Part shown: positions 57,009 to 64,000 of the stretch, in pieces
Layout: the number at the start of each line of letters is the position of its first letter
How positions within the stretch are numbered: position 1 is the first letter of the stretch
From: an uncultured bacterium
GTDB lineage: Bacteria > Babelota > Babeliae > Babelales > Babelaceae
DNA: 64,000 nucleotides
Reading direction: 5' to 3'
Assembly: GCA_963819815.1 (NCBI GenBank)
Contig: CAWFXL010000001.1
Coordinates: 1,344,001 to 1,408,000 of the forward strand
Translations under genes and position numbers: made by a program
The notes under the pieces: generated by a model
Databases searched by the model: none
The model's input: the letters and a program-made list of their open reading frames with translations, nothing else
What the model was told of the DNA's origin: nothing

Positions 57009-58430
57009 TTACGAGCCTTGTGTTGCAAGCTTTAATTTGAGCTTATCAGGAGCTTGAGCGTGTTTACCTTTGATAAGCGGTGCATAATGTAATTTAGTTG
57101 TTTGCCGCTGTCGTGCAATGGCCAAGGCCTGCGCGGGAACCGATTCTGTTATAGTTGAACCGGCGGCAACAATAGCATCTTTTCCGATGGTTACCGGTGC
57201 AAGGAGTGCACTGTTGCTTCCAATAAACGCCCCATCTTCTATGATAGTTGGATGCTTGCTCACCCCATTATAGTTACAGGTAATAGTTCCTGCACCGATA
57301 TTTGCTTCTTTCCCTATCTGAGCTTGTCCTAGGTAGGTAAGATGTTTGGCCTTGCTTTTATGGCCAAGGGTTGTTTTGCTTACTTCCACAAAGTTCCCTA
57401 CAACGCTTTCTGCATGCAGGGTACTATGCTGGTGAACTCGAGCAAAAGGTCCAACCTGTGCCATACTATGAACTGATGCATGTGAGATGACGCTATGTGA
57501 ATGAATGATTGCGGAATCGCCAATGATAGCACCATCAAGCACTGAAAAGGCATCTATGGTAACTTTCCTGCCGACTTGGGTACCCTTGAGTAGTTGTACT
57601 CCATAGCCAACAACCGTATCAGGACTTAGTGTAACATCATAATCTATGACAACCGATTCTGGTGCTATAAATCTTACTCCTTGTGCCATCCAGCTATTAA
57701 TAATATCAGATCGCATGAGTCGCTCAGCAACCCAGAGCTCCTTGAGGGTATTAATACCCCGAACATGATCAAAGGGAATATCAACGATCTCGATCTTTTT
57801 CTTCTGTTCACTCGCTTTGTGAATGAGATCGGTAATAAAGATTTCGCCGCTTGGGTGGGTTTCTAAAGAAGGTAGAGTGTCTTCAAGGAAAGCTCGCTCA
57901 ATAAGATACACTCCTGCATTTAAGCGGCATTCGCGAGCAGGATCTCCCGTGAATTCTCGTTGTTCAACGATAGAAACTTGTTCTCCGTTATCGATGACTC
58001 GACCATAGCCAATAACCGAAGGATCAGCATTATACGAAGCGATAAAAGAAATAGTTGCATCTGTTGAACGGTGGCGCTTCATAAGTTCGGCAATGTGCGC
58101 TTCTGTAATCAGAGGTACATCACCATTTAAAATAAGAAGAGTATCTTCTGTCCAATAAGGTTTCGTACAAAGAAGGGCATGGCCAGTGCCTTTCTGAATA
58201 GTTTGTTCAACGCATTCAACAGGATAGCTATATTTATCAAGAATTCCTCGGATGATCTCTTGCTGGTAACCCACGACGACAAGAGTTTTTATCTTGAGGG
58301 CTTTAAGGACGTTAAGGGGATAGCGAATCATTTCCTGACCGCAGAGAGTAAAGCTCAGTTTTATTGCGGATGTGTTAAACCGGGATGATCTTCCTGCTGC
58401 TAATACAATTGCTTGAGTGCGAGTGGGCAT
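57009..58430 (-). CDS. glmU: Bifunctional UDP-GlcNAc pyrophosphorylase/acetyltransferase
   Basis: IVLAAGRSSR, QKGTGHA, LNGDVPL, GINT, hexapeptide repeats, NIGAGTITCNYNG. Confidence 0.95.
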   Translation of the reverse strand: MPTRTQAIVLAAGRSSRFNTSAIKLSFTLCGQEMIRYPLNVLKALKIKTLVVVGYQQEIIRGILDKYSYPVECVEQTIQKGTGHALLCTKPYWTEDTLLILNGDVPLITEAHIAELMKRHRSTDATISFIASYNADPSVIGYGRVIDNGEQVSIVEQREFTGDPARECRLNAGVYLIERAFLEDTLPSLETHPSGEIFITDLIHKASEQKKKIEIVDIPFDHVRGINTLKELWVAERLMRSDIINSWMAQGVRFIAPESVVIDYDVTLSPDTVVGYGVQLLKGTQVGRKVTIDAFSVLDGAIIGDSAIIHSHSVISHASVHSMAQVGPFARVHQHSTLHAESVVGNFVEVSKTTLGHKSKAKHLTYLGQAQIGKEANIGAGTITCNYNGVSKHPTIIEDGAFIGSNSALLAPVTIGKDAIVAAGSTITESVPAQALAIARQRQTTKLHYAPLIKGKHAQAPDKLKLKLATQGS

Positions 58431-58777
58431 GGAAAAACCTCTTATGTTGCAGCCAAAAACAGATACTAAAAAGTGTAATAGGAACTTGTAGATTTAGCAA
58501 TTTCTTCTTGAAAGGTACACGCAACTCATTGGGCAAGGTGCGAAGTGAGACCAAAGATCGTAATCGAGGTGAAAAAACTTCAAAAAACTGGAAAAACCGT
58601 TACCCTCTGTGCTGGGAAGGTCCCTAAATTTATTTATGGGTATGAGAAGCGCAAGATATTATCTCGATTTCATCGAGGTAATATCTTCTAACAACTCTTG
58701 CATTTATCGCATTTGCTGGTAATATTGCATGTGAACCGAAGTGGTTTTTAATAATCAAAATAGTGCCGGAGAAGCCA

Positions 58778-58896
58778 CGGAATATCGAACGAGTTGGGGC
58801 ATCAACTCTTGGGTTAGGTGATGTAAGACCAACTTTGTTGGCTATCGCTGTCTGATCCCAGAATCCCCGGAGTTTATTCCTGGGCGAGTATGTCAA
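58778..58896 (+). mobile_element. IS200/IS605-family remnant: tnpB C-terminal codons plus right end
   Basis: Translates RNIERVGASTLGLGDVRPTLLAIAV*, a typical TnpB tail, followed by GAATCCCCGGAGTTTATTCCTGGGCGAGTATGTCAA (subterminal hairpin ending in TCAA). Confidence 0.7.
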
Positions 58897-59025
58897 AATA
58901 GCTATATGAACTTCCGTCTAAACGTTGCAGAACCGAAGTACGAAATAAAGAGTGGTTCACCAGGTACAACGTCCTATAAAAAAATGAGAGGTGCGATGCA
59001 GGCCAGGAGTAACTTTTTGTTAATC

Positions 59026-59119
59026 GGAGAGATGGCTGAGCGGACGAAAGCGGCCGCCTCGAAAGCGGTTATTCCGTATATACTCGGAATCGGGGGTTCG
59101 AATCCCTCTCTCTCCACCA
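59026..59119 (+). tRNA. tRNA-Ser(CGA)
   Basis: GGAGAGA..TCTCTCC acceptor stem, GCCGC-CT-CGA-AA-GCGGT anticodon arm, long variable arm, GGTTCGAATCC, CCA. Confidence 0.95.
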
Positions 59120-59141
59120 CGAAGACTTAGGAAATAGATTC

Positions 59142-60353
59142 ATGATAAAACGTCTTTTACTAGTTCTGGGCATCGCAGGAACCTCGCAGGCGATGGTATT
59201 TGATAACCGATTTCTGCCTCTCTATTTAAAACCATTTACCAGACGGTGCGATGCATTGTCACATGTGAGAGTGCAGCCGTTTTTTATGCATGCCGATAGA
59301 GCTTTTTCAGATATAGATATGTCCATCCCTGATATTAATGGATTATATGATCAACGAGTTCTTGCACAAGCATTAGTGGATACTGGACATTCTCAGCCAT
59401 TGCGCTCTGATTTTAGACTGCGGACCTGCATTCCCTGGGCTCGTCACGGCCGCCTTGATGCTCAAGGTATCGCTTTTCTTTATGAGCAGTCACTGACTCC
59501 CTGGCTGTCAGCAGGGGTAGATATGGCATTCGCTCATGTTGCAATGCGCCATCAATTTGCCTTGTCAGGCGCTGAAGAGCAGCTTTCTCCTGGGGATAAG
59601 GAATATCTATTACAAGCAAAAGAGGCGATGCACCAACAGCTTGGTCTGCGTCCAGCTCTTTTTTCAAAGACGCTGTTTGGTGATGTTGATTTATACCTCA
59701 GATTTGGATGTATTTGGGACTATACCCTTAAGTTTAGACGAATTGATGCAAGCGCAAAGTTTGGGGTATATGTTCCCTCAGCTACAGCGCGTGATCTTGA
59801 TAATCCGGCTGCAATTCCCTTGGGAGGCGATAAGCATTGGGGCGTATATGGTGGGTTTGAAAGTGAGTGGGAGTTAAAGGAAGATTTATCGGTAGGCCTT
59901 ATGTTTCGTGCTATTAAGCGACTTAAGAAAACACAGCAGTTACGAATACCCTTGCTTACGGAACCTCAAGAGTATGGCGTTCTTGTAGGGCCTGTGGAGG
60001 TTGACCCGGGCTGGACCTTCGTTTTTAATCCTACGGTTGATACGGCTCATTTGCGTCGTGGGTTGGGTTTGAAAGCAGGTTATACCATGGTTGCACATTT
60101 GAACGATACCTACTCAGACTGTCGACCGACCGACTTTCGAAAGAAGTTTCCAGGTAACCTCGTAAAGCATGATTCTTCCTGGGGTGCCGAATACATTACG
60201 ATAGGTGCCTACTATGACTTTGAAAAAGCATACGAGTGCCCTTCACTCTATCCAAAAATTTCCCTATATTGGGATATCCCAGTAAATTGGTTGGTCAGTA
60301 AGCGTGCAGCTAAGACCACGAGTGTTTCCTTAATGTTCGAACTAGATTTCTAG
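59142..60353 (+). CDS. Hypothetical secreted protein, probable outer-membrane beta-barrel
   Basis: Signal peptide MIKRLLLVLGIAGTSQA; C-terminal VSLMFELDF; motifs shared with 6558..8213. Confidence 0.6.
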   Translation: MIKRLLLVLGIAGTSQAMVFDNRFLPLYLKPFTRRCDALSHVRVQPFFMHADRAFSDIDMSIPDINGLYDQRVLAQALVDTGHSQPLRSDFRLRTCIPWARHGRLDAQGIAFLYEQSLTPWLSAGVDMAFAHVAMRHQFALSGAEEQLSPGDKEYLLQAKEAMHQQLGLRPALFSKTLFGDVDLYLRFGCIWDYTLKFRRIDASAKFGVYVPSATARDLDNPAAIPLGGDKHWGVYGGFESEWELKEDLSVGLMFRAIKRLKKTQQLRIPLLTEPQEYGVLVGPVEVDPGWTFVFNPTVDTAHLRRGLGLKAGYTMVAHLNDTYSDCRPTDFRKKFPGNLVKHDSSWGAEYITIGAYYDFEKAYECPSLYPKISLYWDIPVNWLVSKRAAKTTSVSLMFELDF

Positions 60354-60361
60354 GAGATAGC

Positions 60362-61414
60362 ATGAGTAACTTTTTCGCAAAATTTATGCCGGCCCGTAAG
60401 CTTTTTAGCTTTTTCTCCAATGATTTAGCGATCGACTTAGGGACAGCAAATACCCTAATCTATGTGCCGAAAAAGGGCATTGTGCTGAATGAACCATCTG
60501 TGGTGGCAGTTAAACTTAGAACCAATCACGTTCTTGCTGCAGGAAGGCTGGCAAAAGAAATGCTTGGAAAAACTCCAGAAAGCATAGTTGCATGCCGGCC
60601 CTTGAGGGATGGGGTAATTGCTAACTTTGAGCTTACTGAAAGTATGTTGCGCTATTTTATTCGAGTAGTCCATGATAATCGCAGAACCTTAGTCAGACCG
60701 CGTATGGTTATTGGTATTCCTTCGGGCATTACTCAGGTTGAGCGGCGTGCTGTTGAAGATGCAGCAAAGCAAGCTGGAGCCCGAGAAGTCTATACCGTTA
60801 TTGAGCCGATGGCTGCTGCGATTGGATCAGGCCTTCCAGTACACGATCCTTCAGGAAGCATGATAGTAGATATTGGAGGGGGTACCACGGAAGTTGCCGT
60901 TATAAGCTTGAAAGATGTGGTCTTTTGCCGCTCTATACGAGTCGGTGGTGATGAGCTTGACCGTGCTATTGTGACCTATGTGAAACGGAAATACAATCTT
61001 CTTATTGGAGAGCGTACTGCTGAAATGATCAAAATTAAGATAGGTACGGTTATGCAGGAGGGTGATGGTGAAGCGGTAGAGGTTAAAGGACGTGACCTGA
61101 TGACTGGAGTTCCTAAAACTATCAAACTGACCAGTGCGGAAGTCCAAGAGTCTTTACGTGAACCAGTTTCGATGATTGTACAAGCGATTCGAGAAGCGCT
61201 TGAAAATACCCCCCCTGAGTTATCTTCAGACCTTGTTGATACCGGTATTATGCTTGCTGGTGGAGGAGCTCTTCTGCGAGGCCTTGATCGTCTTATTGCT
61301 CAAGAAACGGGACTTCCCGTGCGCGTTGCGAAGAATGCACTCTTTGCCGTCGTAGAAGGATGTGGCAAGATTCTTGAAGAACTGGATTTCTTTAGGGATA
61401 CGCTCACAAAATAG
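60362..61414 (+). CDS. mreB: Rod shape-determining protein MreB
   Basis: AIDLGTANT, NEPSVVA, RPLRDGVIA, DIGGGTTEVA, GERTAE, LENTPPEL, GGGALL. Confidence 0.97.
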   Translation: MSNFFAKFMPARKLFSFFSNDLAIDLGTANTLIYVPKKGIVLNEPSVVAVKLRTNHVLAAGRLAKEMLGKTPESIVACRPLRDGVIANFELTESMLRYFIRVVHDNRRTLVRPRMVIGIPSGITQVERRAVEDAAKQAGAREVYTVIEPMAAAIGSGLPVHDPSGSMIVDIGGGTTEVAVISLKDVVFCRSIRVGGDELDRAIVTYVKRKYNLLIGERTAEMIKIKIGTVMQEGDGEAVEVKGRDLMTGVPKTIKLTSAEVQESLREPVSMIVQAIREALENTPPELSSDLVDTGIMLAGGGALLRGLDRLIAQETGLPVRVAKNALFAVVEGCGKILEELDFFRDTLTK

Positions 61415-61682
61415 TTTTTCACATGAGACCTTCAGGTGCAAAGTATAGGGTGAATTTGGTCACAAAACAGTGATGCATAAGAAGTATTTGAAGAACACAG
61501 TACGGGTTCTTGAGCGACTACCGGTCATTATCTCGTTACTTCGCAGGAAGCTTTTATGAGTAATGTATTATATTTAGGTGAGGTCAATAACCAAATAACT
61601 TGTAATTTTTTTCCAGGAATATTATTCTACAGATACCTGTAGTGGCTTACGGTCTTAGTAATGTAGTCTCGAGGGTAGATCT

Positions 61683-63047
61683 ATGAAATACACAAATTTC
61701 GTTAACCAATTGTTTATGCGCAGACTTATTTTAGGGATTCTCTGTATACAAGGGGTCCTCCCATCCATTAATGCTGCTTCTGATGTTCTTGTAGCTCGGA
61801 AAAAAATTTATCAAAAATCGTTATTGGACCTCTATAAAGTTGAGGGTAAGCAAGTTGCTTGTATACCCTGCAAACCGAAGACATGCGTAACCTGTAAAGT
61901 TCGAAAATGTCATGCCAATCATACCTATTGTACTATCTGCGAAGAGAAATGCCAAAAATGCCCCAAAAGTTGCAATGACTGTAAGGTAAGTTGTGCTATT
62001 TGTCTTGAAAACCATAGGCAAAAGGGAGAAAAAGAAATAGTTCTTGAATGCAATCATGTTTTTGGTGTTGAATGTATCAAAAGCTGGGAAAATGTCTCGA
62101 AGCAGGGAGATTGTCCGGTATGTAGGAAGGTAATCGCTTATAAATTGTGCGCCATATGCAATGAAACGATTTATGAGTGGCAGCCTTCTTGCGAATATGA
62201 TTGTGATTATAGGTGCTGGGGCTGGGAGCGTGAGCACCATGTCTTTCATAGTGAGTGTATAGTGCCATTTGCGGTAACAGCTGCACGTTTCTCAGATAAG
62301 GCTACGCAAGATCTAAAAAACGCAGATATCACCTTTCACTGCCCAGTCCTTCATAAAAAGGGTTCCAACACTTCAAAGACTGATCTTAAAGTGCCGCTAT
62401 GCAAAGTTATACCAGCCAATCAAATCGAAAAACAGTTGCTTCCTGCGCCCTCTGTCGTACGTGATAAAAATAGATGCGACCATTGTCATAGAGCGATAAC
62501 GCCTGAGCAAAAGAGGTCTACCTATTCCTGTAATTATCGAGCTTTTAGCTGGCATAGAGAAGAGCATAATTTCCATGAGGACTGTCTGAAACCTTATGCT
62601 GAAGTAAATGCCCATAAGCAGAAGCTATATGGTAAGGAAACGGGCAAAGTTGTTTTTAATTGTCCTTATGATCATGACCATGGCGTATGGTATCCAGAGT
62701 CCGATTTAGAAATAGATCTTACTCTTTTGCCAGGTTTCAAGCCTGCGGGTGTGGAGTTCTCTTGTGCCGTGTGCAATAAACATGTTGAAATCGATAACCC
62801 TAAGACTATCACAACTTCATTTAGCGGGTTTCCTGAGGGGATTCTTAACGTGGATTGCGTGCAGGAAATCAACTATTACCACCCAAAATGTTTTGGGGAG
62901 TTTGTCGCAAAATATGCTCATAAAAAGTCAACCTCATGGTGGGGTGGTAGGATAAAGGTTGTTTACCCTTGCCCTTGCCATGAAGGCACAAAATGGGCTC
63001 ATGACTATGAGCTGCCTATGGACTTTCCTATTGACGACGCTGCTTAA
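61683..63047 (+). CDS. Secreted Cys/His-rich protein with tandem RING-like zinc fingers
   Basis: CAICLE..CNHVFGVECIKSW..CPVCRK followed by three CxxC...(H)xFHxxC...CP repeats; signal-peptide-like N-terminus. Confidence 0.75.
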   Translation: MKYTNFVNQLFMRRLILGILCIQGVLPSINAASDVLVARKKIYQKSLLDLYKVEGKQVACIPCKPKTCVTCKVRKCHANHTYCTICEEKCQKCPKSCNDCKVSCAICLENHRQKGEKEIVLECNHVFGVECIKSWENVSKQGDCPVCRKVIAYKLCAICNETIYEWQPSCEYDCDYRCWGWEREHHVFHSECIVPFAVTAARFSDKATQDLKNADITFHCPVLHKKGSNTSKTDLKVPLCKVIPANQIEKQLLPAPSVVRDKNRCDHCHRAITPEQKRSTYSCNYRAFSWHREEHNFHEDCLKPYAEVNAHKQKLYGKETGKVVFNCPYDHDHGVWYPESDLEIDLTLLPGFKPAGVEFSCAVCNKHVEIDNPKTITTSFSGFPEGILNVDCVQEINYYHPKCFGEFVAKYAHKKSTSWWGGRIKVVYPCPCHEGTKWAHDYELPMDFPIDDAA

Positions 63048-63059
63048 TAGGCTGGAACT

Positions 63060-63851
63060 ATGACGAACAAAGCTCATGGCTCCGCGCACGGCATTTCGCT
63101 TAAAAAACGCTATGGACAACACTTTTTACGTGAGCAAATCTTTGTCGACCATATGATTGATGCAGTCGACCTTACTGAAAAGTCTTCGGTTTTTGAAATT
63201 GGGTGCGGCGACGGGTTCCTAACGCGTTCACTGTTGAAGACCCCTCTCAAGCGATTATGGGTATTTGAAATCGATGAATCTTGGGCAGAGCATGTAAGTA
63301 AAACGTATCCAGATCAGCGAATGACCATCTTTACTGAAAACATCCTAGAAACCGATTTTTCTCGATTTGGGGCTGATAAGCCCTGGATTTTGCTTGCTAA
63401 CTTGCCTTACCAGATTACCTTTCCTATTTTGTACCGATTGGCTGAGCACAGAACTATCTTACAAGAAGGGGTGATCATGGTTCAGGAGGAGGTAGCCCAA
63501 AAAATACTGAAGACCTCGGGGCGTGGTTATGGCTTTGCTTCGTTATATTTCCAACGTTATTTTATATGGCGCGCCCTTGATAAAGTTCCTCCGGCATCTT
63601 TTTTTCCTCCACCTAAAGTGCAATCAAGGCTTCTCTATTTTGCACCGATTGCAGATCCGCGGCCAATCCCTGAAGAAAAGGAGTTCTGGATTTTTATAAA
63701 GCGGTGCTTTCAGCAACCACGCCGGACTCTCAAAAATAACCTTCAGCCATTCCATTATGATCTTTCTCGAGTTAAAGAATCCACTTTTCTGTTGAGGGCT
63801 CAGCAGATGAGTATGGATGACTTACTTGAATTGTGGAACGTACTTAGCTAG
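63060..63851 (+). CDS. rsmA: 16S rRNA (adenine-N6)-dimethyltransferase KsgA/RsmA
   Basis: KKRYGQHFL, EIGCGDG.LT, ANLPYQIT, MVQEEVA, FFPPPKVQS, FQQPRRTLKN. Confidence 0.95.
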   Translation: MTNKAHGSAHGISLKKRYGQHFLREQIFVDHMIDAVDLTEKSSVFEIGCGDGFLTRSLLKTPLKRLWVFEIDESWAEHVSKTYPDQRMTIFTENILETDFSRFGADKPWILLANLPYQITFPILYRLAEHRTILQEGVIMVQEEVAQKILKTSGRGYGFASLYFQRYFIWRALDKVPPASFFPPPKVQSRLLYFAPIADPRPIPEEKEFWIFIKRCFQQPRRTLKNNLQPFHYDLSRVKESTFLLRAQQMSMDDLLELWNVLS

Positions 63852-64000
63852 CATACTGATACGAATCATTCCCTACAGTTGCTTCTAATTTCTTGAAAGC
63901 TTCGCATTTGTTAGAATAGTATGGATGATATAAAAGAGCTTTATCAAGAAAGGCTTGATAAGCTTCTTGGGTCATAAAAGGTATACAAATGGTCTCTTGA

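Noticed and set aside
58630..58896. 88-aa minus-strand ORF with a faint YoeB-like tail
   Set aside because: Its first half is the antisense of the tnpB remnant, there is no antitoxin partner, and the similarity is too weak.

Overview
Chromosomal window from a host-dependent intracellular bacterium. The gene mix suggests Dependentiae/Babeliae (TM6), which is an inference. Housekeeping genes (recD2, dNK, a partial atp operon, rpe, groES/EL, class I aldolase, ftsL/ftsI, bamA, cysS, trxA, murB, trhO, pheT, lspA, comF, foldases, sbcD, glmU, mreB, rsmA, tRNA-Arg, tRNA-Ser) are interleaved with many signal-peptide-bearing proteins that carry eukaryote-like domains. These include ankyrin proteins (one with an F-box-like insert), two tandem USP-type deubiquitinases, a multi-RING protein, a WD40 protein, degenerate J-domain proteins, and three tandem Fic/Doc + MYND zinc-finger fusions. 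Non-coding highlights: (1) two divergent AAA_14/DUF4143-type ATPase genes are each preceded by three palindromes at an exact 33-bp period but with different sequences, and one gene is also flanked by a 52-bp direct repeat; (2) an orphan IS200/IS605 tnpB 3' end with its right end lies beside tRNA-Ser; (3) a junction duplication has produced a chimeric ORF; (4) an unannotated 36-aa secreted peptide gene has its own promoter. groEL, ftsI and one ankyrin paralog carry single-base indels, most likely sequencing or assembly errors. All domain calls come from motifs recognised by eye; no database searches were run.
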